From Nitrospira sp. (GTDB taxonomy: Bacteria; Nitrospirota; Nitrospiria; Nitrospirales; Nitrospiraceae), in assembly GCA_047150005.1 (NCBI GenBank), contig AP038806.1, forward strand, positions 2,176,001-2,240,000: a stretch of DNA of 64,000 nucleotides, read 5' to 3'. Within the stretch, counting starts at the first letter, position 1; each line of letters starts with the position of its first letter. The notes under the pieces were generated by a model. It saw only the letters and a list, made by a program, of their open reading frames with translations. It was not told where the DNA came from and made no database searches. The translations under genes were made by a program, and so were the position numbers. Below are positions 46,247 to 56,028 of the stretch, in pieces.

Positions 46247-48304
46247 GTGGCAATCTCCTCTCTTTTCCATCCGGATCTTTATGGTAGGATGCCGCGAATG
46301 TCGGTCATGATGCGTGCGGCCTGGATAGCGCTCGCTGGACTGGGAGCGGTGGCTTTCGGTTACGTGGGCGGTCTGATTAATCCCACCGAAAAAGTGAACG
46401 GTCTCTGGCTTGTCGTGGCGGCGGCATGCCTGTACGTACTGGCCTTCCGGTTTTACGGGCGCTGGCTTGCCTGCCAGGTCACCGAGTTGAATGATCGGCG
46501 GGTCACCCCTGCCGTCCGCTTGAACGACGGCGTGAATTTTCACCCGACCAACAAATATGTCCTGTTCGGTCATCATTTCGCGGCCATCGCGGGAGCCGGG
46601 CCGCTTTTGGGGCCAGTGCTGGCGGCACAGTTCGGATTTCTTCCAGGATTCCTCTGGCTCGTCGTCGGGGCGGTGCTTGCGGGAGCGGTGCAAGACTTCA
46701 TCGTTCTCGTTGCCTCAATGCGACGAAATGGCCGGTCTTTGCCGCAAATCGCGCATGATGAGCTGGGGCCGATTACCGGAACGGCCACGGCGGTGGCGGT
46801 GCTCTTCATCGTGGTGGTCGCGCTAGCGGGGCTCGGCTTTGCCGTTGTGAATGCCCTCTATCACAACGCGTGGGGGACATTTACGATCGCCATGACGATT
46901 CCCATCGGATTCGTGATGGGGTTCTATCTCCATAGGCTTCGGCCGGGGGCTGTTGCGGAGGTGACCGTCCTGGGGGTGGGGCTGCTGATTCTGGCCGTGC
47001 TGGCCGGCCGCATGGTTGCCCAGTCGGCGTATGTCTGGATATTCGAGCTTGATCGGGGCACGCTCGTGTGGCTGCTTGCTGGCTACGGGCTCTTGGCCTC
47101 GGTGCTGCCGGGCTGGATGTTGCTGGTACCGCGCGGGTATCTCTCCACCTTCATGAAGCTCGGAGTCGTGTTCCTGCTGGGTTTCGGCGTCATCCTCATG
47201 GCGCCTACCATCGAAATGCCGCGGGTGACGAGATTTGCGCTCGGCGGCGGGCCGATCATTCCCGGCTCGCTGTTCCCCTTCTTGTTCATCACGATTGCAT
47301 GTGGCGCGGTCTCAGGGTTCCATTCCTTGGTATCGTCCGGAACCACTCCGAAGATGATCGAGCAGGAATCGCATGCCATGGTGGGGTACGGAGCCATGCT
47401 CCTGGAGAGCTTCGTCGGGGTGATGGCACTCATTGCAGCCTCGGTCCTGATTCCTGGAGACTATCTGGCGATCAACACGACACTTTCGGCCGATGCGCTG
47501 ACGACGATGGGGTTTGCGCCCGTACACATTGCTGAACTCGCTCGCTTGGTGGGAACAGACATCGAAGGGCGCCCGGGTGGGGCAGTGTCGTTGGCCGTGG
47601 GTATGGCGTCGATCTTCACCGCCCTGCCTGGCATGGGCGGCCTGATGGCATACTGGTATCAGTTCGCGCTAGTCTTTGAGGCGCTGTTCATCCTGACGAC
47701 CATCGATACAGGAACGCGGGTCGCACGCTATCTTGTGCAAGAGATGATGGGTCGGGTATACGCTCCGTTCCGACAAATGAACTGGTGGCCCGGGGCTTTT
47801 GCAACGAGTGGTATCGTGGTGGGTGCTTGGGCCTATCTGATTGGGACCGGGAATATTTCCACAATCTGGCCGATGTTCGGCGCGGCCAATCAGCTCTTGG
47901 GGACGCTGGCGCTCTGCGTCGGTACGACCGTTCTCATTAAAATGTGGAAGTCACCATATCTCTGGGTGACGGCTGTGCCGATGTGCTTTGTGGGCGTCGT
48001 CACGCTCACCGGTTCGTACGAACTATTTGGAATGTTTTTGGGCAAAGCGGCAACGTTCGCAGGCGGTGAGGCATTCTCTCTGTATCTGGACGCGGTGCTC
48101 GTCGTGGCGGTCGCAAGTTTGGGCCTCATCGTCTTGGGGGATAGCTTTAGACAGTGGTACGGATATGTGATTCGGAAAAAGCCGTTTACGAGCAGTGAGG
48201 TCATCGTCATGGCCGGAGGAGGCACTGCGGGGAGGGTGCAGCCGGCCGTTCAGGATGAGGACGTGCGGCGCGGCTTTAAACTCCCGTTCAGCGGCTGCTG
48301 CTGA
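46247..48304 (+). CDS. cstA: Carbon starvation protein A family transporter
   Basis: FGHHFAAIAGAGPLLGP, IACGAVSGFH, WPMFGAANQLL; start uncertain. Confidence 0.92.
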   Translation: MAISSLFHPDLYGRMPRMSVMMRAAWIALAGLGAVAFGYVGGLINPTEKVNGLWLVVAAACLYVLAFRFYGRWLACQVTELNDRRVTPAVRLNDGVNFHPTNKYVLFGHHFAAIAGAGPLLGPVLAAQFGFLPGFLWLVVGAVLAGAVQDFIVLVASMRRNGRSLPQIAHDELGPITGTATAVAVLFIVVVALAGLGFAVVNALYHNAWGTFTIAMTIPIGFVMGFYLHRLRPGAVAEVTVLGVGLLILAVLAGRMVAQSAYVWIFELDRGTLVWLLAGYGLLASVLPGWMLLVPRGYLSTFMKLGVVFLLGFGVILMAPTIEMPRVTRFALGGGPIIPGSLFPFLFITIACGAVSGFHSLVSSGTTPKMIEQESHAMVGYGAMLLESFVGVMALIAASVLIPGDYLAINTTLSADALTTMGFAPVHIAELARLVGTDIEGRPGGAVSLAVGMASIFTALPGMGGLMAYWYQFALVFEALFILTTIDTGTRVARYLVQEMMGRVYAPFRQMNWWPGAFATSGIVVGAWAYLIGTGNISTIWPMFGAANQLLGTLALCVGTTVLIKMWKSPYLWVTAVPMCFVGVVTLTGSYELFGMFLGKAATFAGGEAFSLYLDAVLVVAVASLGLIVLGDSFRQWYGYVIRKKPFTSSEVIVMAGGGTAGRVQPAVQDEDVRRGFKLPFSGCC

Positions 48305-48327
48305 CATTGAAGTGAGAGGAGGCGCAC

Positions 48328-48825
48328 GTGGCTGATCAGTTCTCGTTTGACGTCGTCTCGGAGGTCGATATGCAGGAACTCAAGAACGCCCTCGACCAGG
48401 CGACTAAGGAGATCAAGCAGCGGTTTGATTTCAAGGATTCCAAGACCGAGATTCTGTTGAAGGAAAAGGAGAAGGAACTGGCGGTCGTGTCGGACGACGA
48501 GTACAAGCTGACCGCGGTCCAGGAAATCATCAAGGCGAAGTGCGTGAAGCGCGGAGTCTCTTTACGAGCGTTTACGCATGGGAGCGTCGAGCCGGCCCTC
48601 AGCGGGACGGTTCGGCAGGTGTCGAAGATCCAAAGCGGCCTGGCGTCGGACAAAGCGAAAGAGATTGCCAAGTCGATCAAGGAGTCGAAGCTCAAAGTGC
48701 AGGCCCAGATTCAAGGAGAGCAAGTGCGGATCCTCGGCAAGAGCAAGGACGAGTTGCAGGGCGCCATTGCGTTCCTCAGGGGAAAAGATTTCGGGATCGA
48801 TATCCGGTTTACGAACTACCGGTGA
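48328..48825 (+). CDS. yajQ: YajQ-family nucleotide / c-di-GMP binding protein
   Basis: SFDVVSEVD...RFDFK, QIQGEQVR, FTNYR. Confidence 0.93.
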   Translation: MADQFSFDVVSEVDMQELKNALDQATKEIKQRFDFKDSKTEILLKEKEKELAVVSDDEYKLTAVQEIIKAKCVKRGVSLRAFTHGSVEPALSGTVRQVSKIQSGLASDKAKEIAKSIKESKLKVQAQIQGEQVRILGKSKDELQGAIAFLRGKDFGIDIRFTNYR

Positions 48826-48832
48826 CCAGGAG

Positions 48833-49873
48833 GTGCAGCGCCTCTCCACCATACGTACGTGTCTCCTGCTGGTCCTCTTCGTCGTATGTGAAGGGTGCGA
48901 TCGCAGCGATCCGATCGTCCTTATCCAACTCCATCCGACGAATCCCGACATTATTTACGTGGCGACGAACGACTATATCTACAAGACGCGCGATGGAGGA
49001 CGGACTTGGGCCAACCTGTCGCAAGGCATGAGTCATTCACGCGTTATTTCAATGGCCGTGGATCCGACGTACCCGGCGACTGTCTACGCAGGGACGAAAG
49101 GGGACGCCGTGTTCAAGAGTCATGACGGCGGACAGCGCTGGGCCTCGATGCGTTCCGGGTTGGATGATGCCACGATTTCTTCGGTCGTAAATCAGTTCGT
49201 GTTCGATCCGGCGGACAACAATCACATTTATCTCGCCACGACGATGGGGGTGTTTGAGACAAACAACGGCGGGGACAGCTGGATCAAGAAAATGGAGGGG
49301 ATGAAGGAAGTCCTGATGGTGGTGACGCTCGGCATGGACGCCTCGAGGCCGGAGATACTGTATGCCGGCACGAGCGGCGGGGTCTATAAGACCGCGAACA
49401 AGGCGGCCCATTGGGACAAGGTCAACAACGGGCTGGTGGCGCCTGATATGGTCAAGACTTCGCGCGCGCTCAATGTGACCGCGGTTGTGGTCGATCCGTT
49501 CGCCTCGGAAACGGTTTATGCCGCGACGTTGGCGGGGCTTTACAGAACGACCGATGGAGCAAAGTCGTGGACGCGAATCGGAGAATCCCTCGCCGATCAA
49601 ATGATCATCGCCATGATCCTGGATCGGACGAAGCAGGGGGGCATCTACCTTGCGGGGCGCGACGGAGTCCATCGAAGCGAGGACGGCGGGTTGACCTGGC
49701 GAACGATGAACCAAGGGCTTGCGACCACCAACGTCCGATGCATTGTCCAGAGTTCGACCGATCCGAGACTGTTCTATGCCGGGACTAATGGCAGCGGCCT
49801 CTACGGGAGCAGAGACCGTGGGGAACATTGGGAAGCCATGCCGGCGGTCGTGCCGGTCAGGAGCCGGGAATGA
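48833..49873 (+). CDS. Exported BNR/Asp-box beta-propeller protein
   Basis: Repeated S/T-x-D-G-G-x-T/S-W boxes; N-terminal hydrophobic stretch with Cys; start approximate. Confidence 0.8.
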   Translation: MQRLSTIRTCLLLVLFVVCEGCDRSDPIVLIQLHPTNPDIIYVATNDYIYKTRDGGRTWANLSQGMSHSRVISMAVDPTYPATVYAGTKGDAVFKSHDGGQRWASMRSGLDDATISSVVNQFVFDPADNNHIYLATTMGVFETNNGGDSWIKKMEGMKEVLMVVTLGMDASRPEILYAGTSGGVYKTANKAAHWDKVNNGLVAPDMVKTSRALNVTAVVVDPFASETVYAATLAGLYRTTDGAKSWTRIGESLADQMIIAMILDRTKQGGIYLAGRDGVHRSEDGGLTWRTMNQGLATTNVRCIVQSSTDPRLFYAGTNGSGLYGSRDRGEHWEAMPAVVPVRSRE

Positions 49874-49898
49874 GCGACGTGCGCTGGAGAGAAATGAA

Positions 49899-50969
49899 TC
49901 AGTGGGAAGACGTTCCACGATTCTGGAGGCTTGACCCGACGGACGAGCCGCCCAAGGTGGAGCCGATTGTGCTGTCGCTGAGTCCTGAGCCGATCGTAGA
50001 TCCTCCCAGAGTGGATCCGACTGTGGAGTCCGGCAGACTCGATCCAACGGAAGACTGACGAAGGCTGGAGCCGACCGCGGACTGATCCGTATTCAAGGTG
50101 GATTCTCCCACGGACGTACCGGCTCGCCCCGTCGTTCCTATTTCGAACCCCACCGGTCCTGTTGCTCCGATGTCCACGCCGGTCTTGGGGGTGACTCCGA
50201 AGTCCGTCCCGGTTGTGCCTCCCCCGCCGATATCAGTTCCGGTCTTCGGCGTCATGCCGATTCCCGTTCCGACCGACGGGCTCGCTCCGATTCCCGTGCC
50301 GGTCTTGGGGGCCGCCGGAGCCGGGCGAGGTTGAAAATCGCGATGAATGGTGTCCTCAAGCTCATGAATCTTGCGAGAATCTTTCGCCGCTGTATCGGAA
50401 TGGCCGTTCGCCAGGCGTTCCCGGGTTCTTGTGATCTCGTCGAGTTGTGCATGAAGTCTTTTGAGGTCGGCACGTGCTTGCGCGACCGGAGGAATCAATT
50501 CGCCGATCGTCCAGCCCCGTACCTTAATCTGTTCGCTGAAAAGCCCGGACTGCGCGAGAGTGAGCAGCTCGTTGACCTCGTCTCCCATCGCCTCCACCGC
50601 TTCCAGCTCGTTAAGATCGGTCTTGCAACAGGCGAGGAATTTATTGTAGCGCTGAAGAAACGACGCGACCTCGGCTTCAAGATTCTCGACTTTCAGTTGG
50701 CGGCTCTGTGGACGGTCGGGCCTTTCAGCCTTTCCGCGCTCATCCTTTTTCTCCACCAGCGGTACGCAAGGTCCTTGCGCTGACCCTTTCCCTTGCGATG
50801 CCCGCAACTGTTGGTCGGCCGGCCGCCCTTCGCAAAATTCCATCAGCGGTGCCGCAAGTACTCTCTGCCCAAACGGCAGGATGATGGCCAAAGTCAGCAG
50901 GGCGGCTACGAGCTTTGTATGTTCGCCTGTCAGGACGGTCGATTGGTGGAGAGCAGGGATGATTGTCAT
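49899..50969 (-). CDS. Secreted protein with coiled-coil region and Gly/Thr/Ser repeat tail
   Basis: Signal-like N-terminus; TPKTGTDIG-type decamers then S(T/S)VGS(S/T)L nonamers; start uncertain. Confidence 0.7.
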   Translation of the reverse strand: MTIIPALHQSTVLTGEHTKLVAALLTLAIILPFGQRVLAAPLMEFCEGRPADQQLRASQGKGSAQGPCVPLVEKKDERGKAERPDRPQSRQLKVENLEAEVASFLQRYNKFLACCKTDLNELEAVEAMGDEVNELLTLAQSGLFSEQIKVRGWTIGELIPPVAQARADLKRLHAQLDEITRTRERLANGHSDTAAKDSRKIHELEDTIHRDFQPRPAPAAPKTGTGIGASPSVGTGIGMTPKTGTDIGGGGTTGTDFGVTPKTGVDIGATGPVGFEIGTTGRAGTSVGESTLNTDQSAVGSSLRQSSVGSSLPDSTVGSTLGGSTIGSGLSDSTIGSTLGGSSVGSSLQNRGTSSH

Positions 50970-51063
50970 GGTCGAAGTGTCGCCTTCGATCTCGAATCTG
51001 TCAAGGAATGGCCGATTCATCGGAGCGACCGGTCTGATGACTACAGGAAACACGGTCGTCTGT

Positions 51064-51219
51064 CGGTAGTGGGGCCGTCTCCTCTTGCGTCATGCCGGGA
51101 AGGCGGGTATCCACTCCTCGATCAAGACTCAAGGCTGAGGAAAAGACCTTGACTGGATTCCCGCTTCCGCGGGAATGACACACTGCAGTGCTTCAGATGG
51201 CAAGCTGACCCACTATCCG
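51064..51219 (-). repeat. REP-containing element, copy 4
   Basis: Reverse complement collinear with 15006-15158. Confidence 0.8.
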
Positions 51220-51433
51220 TCAGTCTGCCAACGCCGACTCAATACCGCAGGAGAGTCCTCCTCACGAAACTGATCACCTCCTGTTTTCCTTGCACACGAC
51301 CGCTTCGGCCGACAGGCTTCAATGGATCTCCTTTAGGCTCCATAGTAAGGTATACGAATATCAGGTTCGTCCGAGGGCGTGTAGGAGCGAAAACCCATTA
51401 CGGGAAGCAGGTGTCTAAGTCTCTGAATTTCTG

Positions 51434-51486
51434 TTGACAACACTTTTGCCTGGAGTATACTCCGCCACAGAGTGGGAGAAAGTGGG
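51434..51486 (+). promoter_or_regulatory. dcw promoter with MraZ-box-like repeats
   Basis: TTGACA-N16-TATACT; GTGGG at 51472 and 51482 (10-bp period). Confidence 0.65.
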
Positions 51487-52417
51487 TGAACCTGGAATCG
51501 GACAATTTTCTCAATCATTGAGGCATGTTCCGGTCATGCCGAATGAAATCGTATTTTGGCTAAGGCCTCGGCCCGACACTGTCGTGCTTGATTGTACGGT
51601 GGGATATTGTGGGCATGCGGCAAGTATCTTGGAGTCAAGTGCACCAAGTGGGCGACTGATTGGAATAGATCGTGATGCTCACGCGATTCGTGCCTGTGAG
51701 GCGGAATCACATCGTTTCGGAGGACGACTTGAATTGGTCAAGGGACACTTTGTCGATTTGAAACGCCATCTGGTCGACCGCGGCGTCGCGAAAGTGAGCG
51801 GTGTGCTGTTCGATCTCGGCGTGTCGTCCCCCCAGTTTGATGAGCCCGCGCGCGGCTTCAGTTTTCAGGCGAGTGGCCCCCTCGACATGCGGATGGATCA
51901 GTCCGTCGGAAGAACCGCAGCGGACATCGTCAACCATGCGGATGAAGCGGACCTGGCCAAGATGATTTTTGAGTTCGGAGAAGAGCGGTTCTCTCGGCGG
52001 ATCGCCAGAGCGATCGTCCGGGACCGGATGCGAAGGCCGCTGGAAACGACCGAAGACCTGGCCTCGACCATCGAAGGTGCGGTTCCTGCGTCGTATCGAC
52101 ATGGGCGCCTTCATTGCGCAACGCGGACGTTTCAAGCGCTTCGAATCGCGGTCAATGACGAGCTTGACTATCTGGAGCGTGCGTTGCGCGATGCCGCGGA
52201 CGTGCTGGAGCCGGGCGGACGGCTATGCGTGCTCTCATTCCACTCACTTGAAGATCGCATCGTCAAGCGCACATTCCGCTCATTGTCCGACACGCAACTG
52301 ACCATCCGGACAAAAAAGCCTCTACGGCCCACGCAGGAAGAGATGGCTCACAATCCACGGTCCAGGAGCGCGAAGCTTCGCGTCGCGGAACGAACTCACG
52401 AGGTGATGTCATCATGA
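51482..52417 (+). CDS. rsmH: 16S rRNA m4C1402 methyltransferase
   Basis: HVPVM, DLGVSSPQ, PLDMRMD, TFQALRIAVN, SFHSLEDR, NPRSRSAKLR; start uncertain. Confidence 0.95.
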   Translation: MGEPGIGQFSQSLRHVPVMPNEIVFWLRPRPDTVVLDCTVGYCGHAASILESSAPSGRLIGIDRDAHAIRACEAESHRFGGRLELVKGHFVDLKRHLVDRGVAKVSGVLFDLGVSSPQFDEPARGFSFQASGPLDMRMDQSVGRTAADIVNHADEADLAKMIFEFGEERFSRRIARAIVRDRMRRPLETTEDLASTIEGAVPASYRHGRLHCATRTFQALRIAVNDELDYLERALRDAADVLEPGGRLCVLSFHSLEDRIVKRTFRSLSDTQLTIRTKKPLRPTQEEMAHNPRSRSAKLRVAERTHEVMSS

Positions 52418-52749
52418 AGGCGACGATCATGCTGTTGAGTCTTGGTTTGATCTTCCTCTTCGTCTGGGAGCGTGTGGATGTCGTCCGCCTGGGTTATCAG
52501 ATCGAGCGATTGAAGGCCCAGAAAATCCTGTTGATCCGCGAGCGAGATCAACTCCATGTAAGAGTATCTGCACTTGCCGCTCCTGAGCGGATCGCCAAGG
52601 TGGCCACGGAGAAGCTCGGGTTGCTTCCTCCTCAGCAAGGCCAGGTCTTTCTGGTCCGTCAGCAGCAGGAAGCGCCGGTGCCGGAGGCGGCGGTCGTCGC
52701 GCAGATTCGGGTAGCTCGCAACCATCCGCGGCCGGGGTTGGGAGAATAG
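52414..52749 (+). CDS. ftsL: Cell division protein FtsL
   Basis: TM plus coiled coil, ERIAKVATEKLGL; position between rsmH and ftsI. Confidence 0.85.
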   Translation: MKATIMLLSLGLIFLFVWERVDVVRLGYQIERLKAQKILLIRERDQLHVRVSALAAPERIAKVATEKLGLLPPQQGQVFLVRQQQEAPVPEAAVVAQIRVARNHPRPGLGE

Positions 52750-54464
52750 TGATGGGCGTGTTTTCCCGGAGACGGTACGTCACGCTGTGTCTGCTCCTCC
52801 TGGGGTTCTGCGGCATTCTCGCCAGGTTGGTATCCCTGCAAGTTCTGCAGGCCGCGGAATTGACGGCAAAAGCAGACCGACAGCACCAGAAGAGCGTCAC
52901 CTTCGAAGGGGCGAGAGGTTCAGTGACGGACCGCCACGGGAAGGTGCTCGCCATGAACATGGAGGTGCCGTCGGTCTTCGGGGTGCCGACCGCGCTGGAA
53001 AGCCCCTCCCGAGCAGCGCGGTATCTGTCTCCCGTTCTTCACGTTCGCCGCGATGAGCTTGAGCGGAAGTTGCGTCAGGACAAAAGCTTCGTGTGGTTGG
53101 CCCGCAAAATGGAACCTGAGCAGGGCCAACGTTTGGAGCGCCTGTCTTTGGATGGTATCGGTGTGATCATGGAGGGGCGTCGCTTCTACCCTAAGGGCCC
53201 CCTACTTTCCCACGTGCTCGGATTCGCCGGCATGGATGGACAGGGGCTGGAAGGGTTGGAGCACCGTTATGAAAGTCAACTCCACGGCGAGAAGCGCGTC
53301 ACCATTCTCCAGCGTGACGCACTGGGCCGCACGGTTTTTCCGAAGGGATTGGCCGAGAAACCTCCCGCCCCGGGCAGCGCGCTCACGTTGACCATCGACG
53401 AAGTGATTCAATACATCGCCGAAAAAGAATTGGAGGAAGCCGTCTCCCATGCCCATGCCAAGGGGGGTACCATGATCGTGATGGAGCCCCAGACGGGTGC
53501 CATCCTGGCCATGGCGGTCAATCCGCGGTTCGATCCGAATGCCGTCGGCGCGCTGACGCCGGATCGCTGGCGTAACCGCGCACTGACCGACGCGTATGAG
53601 CCCGGCTCTACCATGAAGGTGATTCTCGCGGCCGCGGCTCTTGAAGAGAAGATCATGATGCCCGGGACCATGATTTTCGGAGAGAACGGTCGAATGGCCG
53701 TGGCCAACACGGTGATCCACGATCACGAAAAAATGGGGTGGATGACCTTTGCGCAAATGATCCAGAAATCCAGCAACATCGGCGCGGCTAAAACCGGAAT
53801 GGCGTTGGGCGAACAGCGGTTCTATCGGTATCTCCAGGCATTCGGCTTCGGTCAGCGGACCGACATCGATCTGCCGGGCGAGGCTGGCGGGCTGCTCAAG
53901 ATTCCCAAAGACTGGGGGCGTCGATCCTTGGCCTCGATTTCCATGGGTCAGGAAATCGGCGTCACCCCCCTGCAATTGGTGTCCGCCATCGCGGCCATCG
54001 CCAATCAGGGTGTCATAATGAAGCCGTATGTCGTGTCGGAGATCAGAGATGCGAAAGGCTCGATCCTGAAAGAAGTCATGCCGCAAGCCAAACGGCGGGT
54101 TGTGTCCCCCGAAACCGCCAGAACGCTGACAGCGGTACTGGAGGGAGTTGTGACGGACGGCACCGGTGCGAAAGCGGCCATTCCGGGCTTTCGCGTGGCG
54201 GGCAAAACCGGCACGGCGCAGAAGATTGATCCGAAAACCGGGACGTATTCCAGTACGCAGCTGATCGCATCGTTCGTCGGGTATGTGCCGGCTGATGCTC
54301 CACGCTTGGCGATGGTCGTCATTATCGACGAGCCCCAGGGAGAATCCTGGGGAGGTGTGGTTTCTGCTCCGGTGTTCCGTCGGGTGGGCGAACAGGTCCT
54401 GACGTATCTGGGTGTCTCGCGGGACGATCAAATCAAGATCGCCTCGGCAGTGACGTATGACTGA
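52749..54464 (+). CDS. ftsI: Class B penicillin-binding protein
   Basis: EPGSTMK, SSN and KTGTAQ motifs. Confidence 0.92.
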   Translation: MMGVFSRRRYVTLCLLLLGFCGILARLVSLQVLQAAELTAKADRQHQKSVTFEGARGSVTDRHGKVLAMNMEVPSVFGVPTALESPSRAARYLSPVLHVRRDELERKLRQDKSFVWLARKMEPEQGQRLERLSLDGIGVIMEGRRFYPKGPLLSHVLGFAGMDGQGLEGLEHRYESQLHGEKRVTILQRDALGRTVFPKGLAEKPPAPGSALTLTIDEVIQYIAEKELEEAVSHAHAKGGTMIVMEPQTGAILAMAVNPRFDPNAVGALTPDRWRNRALTDAYEPGSTMKVILAAAALEEKIMMPGTMIFGENGRMAVANTVIHDHEKMGWMTFAQMIQKSSNIGAAKTGMALGEQRFYRYLQAFGFGQRTDIDLPGEAGGLLKIPKDWGRRSLASISMGQEIGVTPLQLVSAIAAIANQGVIMKPYVVSEIRDAKGSILKEVMPQAKRRVVSPETARTLTAVLEGVVTDGTGAKAAIPGFRVAGKTGTAQKIDPKTGTYSSTQLIASFVGYVPADAPRLAMVVIIDEPQGESWGGVVSAPVFRRVGEQVLTYLGVSRDDQIKIASAVTYD

Positions 54465-55987
54465 TGAAGGCAAGGAGTCCGTTTATGACGGCGGAGGACC
54501 TGGTCGCGGCGGCACGAGGGCAGATGGAGATCGTCGAGCAACGCGGCGATCTGCATGTGCCGATCGCCATGGTGACGGATGATTCGCGGGCCGTGGTATC
54601 AGGCGGTCTGTTCGTGGCGGTCAAGGGGGAGCGGGTCGACGGCCACGAGTTCGTCGCGAAGGCCTTGCATGGCGGTGCCGCGGCGGTGATTGCGCAATCC
54701 TCCGTCGATACAGGCGCCGTTCCGCTCGTCCGTGTCGCCAACTCCCGAAAAGCACTGGGCATCATCGGCAGTCGCTTCTATGGAGATCCGTCCTCGAAAT
54801 TGATGATGGTCGGGGTGACCGGGACCAACGGGAAAACGACGACGACGTATTTGTGCAAAGCGTTGCTTCAAGGTATCGGGCGAAAAGTCGGTTTAATCGG
54901 TACGGTCGCCTATCAAATCGGAGAGGAGATCATCCCGGCGTCGCACACGACTCCCGGCGCCCTCACCTTGCAGAGTCTCTTGGCCAGGATGCTCAAGGCG
55001 GGCTTGAACGCCGTCGTGATGGAAGTCTCATCCCATGCCTTGGCCTTGGACCGCACGGCCGGCTGCGAGTACGACGCGGCCGTCTTCACAAATTTGACTC
55101 AGGACCATCTGGATTTTCATTCAACGATGGAAGAGTACTTCCAGGCCAAGTTGCAGCTGTTTACGGACCTGGGGCGCGGAAGAAAATCCGGCCAGCGTGC
55201 GGTGGTCAATATGGACGATCCTCGCGGACCCCAGGTCCGTGCCGCCTGTCGAGTGCCGGTCTGGGGCTACGGTATGACCGGAACACCGGAACTCAAGGCT
55301 GAGCGGGCCCGGCTGTCCCTCGCCGGCACGAGCTTCACAGCGGGGACTCCGGCCGGGACGTTTCCCGTGGAGAGCCGATTGGTCGGTGAGCACAACGTCT
55401 ACAACTTGCTGGGGGCGATCGGTGTGGCGTTGCATGCCGGGGCGACCTGCGATCAGGTGCGCGAGGCGGTCACGCAGGTCAGCAATGTCCCGGGGCGCTT
55501 CGAGCGGGTGTCGGCCGGTCAGGATTTCACCGTGGTCGTGGATTACGCTCATACGGAAGACGCGCTGCGGCGGCTGTTGGCGGCGGCGCACGAACTCAAG
55601 ACTCATCGAATCATCACGGTATTCGGATGCGGCGGAGACCGTGATCGGGGAAAGCGTCCGAAGATGGGCCGCGCGGCAGTCGAATATAGCGATGTCGTCA
55701 TCCTGACGTCCGACAACCCGCGCACCGAAGATCCTCTGGCGATCCTGCGTGAAGTTGAGGTGGGCGTCCATGAGGCGCTCCAGCGGCGAAAGCAAGTGGA
55801 ATACCATCTTGTCGCCGACCGGCGTGACGCGATTGCCGCGGCGGTCCGTATGGCCGGTTCCGGAGACATGGTTCTTATCGCCGGCAAGGGCCACGAGGAT
55901 TATCAGATCATCGGGACGACCAAGATTCATTTCGACGATCGCGAGGTGGCACGAGAAGCCATCCGGCAGTTAAGGAATTGCGCGTGA
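54464..55987 (+). CDS. murE: UDP-MurNAc-tripeptide synthetase
   Basis: GTNGKTTT, MEVSSH, DNPR, GKGHE. Confidence 0.95.
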   Translation: MKARSPFMTAEDLVAAARGQMEIVEQRGDLHVPIAMVTDDSRAVVSGGLFVAVKGERVDGHEFVAKALHGGAAAVIAQSSVDTGAVPLVRVANSRKALGIIGSRFYGDPSSKLMMVGVTGTNGKTTTTYLCKALLQGIGRKVGLIGTVAYQIGEEIIPASHTTPGALTLQSLLARMLKAGLNAVVMEVSSHALALDRTAGCEYDAAVFTNLTQDHLDFHSTMEEYFQAKLQLFTDLGRGRKSGQRAVVNMDDPRGPQVRAACRVPVWGYGMTGTPELKAERARLSLAGTSFTAGTPAGTFPVESRLVGEHNVYNLLGAIGVALHAGATCDQVREAVTQVSNVPGRFERVSAGQDFTVVVDYAHTEDALRRLLAAAHELKTHRIITVFGCGGDRDRGKRPKMGRAAVEYSDVVILTSDNPRTEDPLAILREVEVGVHEALQRRKQVEYHLVADRRDAIAAAVRMAGSGDMVLIAGKGHEDYQIIGTTKIHFDDREVAREAIRQLRNCA

Positions 55988-56028
55988 ACGTCCAGCACAG
56001 CGGACGATGGAGAGGTGAGGCCTCACCG

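Noticed and set aside
48296..48304. Selenocysteine readthrough at the cstA TGA after Cys-Cys
   Set aside because: Another in-frame TGA follows within two codons and no SECIS-like hairpin is evident.
53202..54473. Long antisense ORFs over dcw and other genes (also 23112-24467, 36416-37525, 57389-58411)
   Set aside because: Expected shadow frames in high-GC coding DNA opposite well-supported genes.
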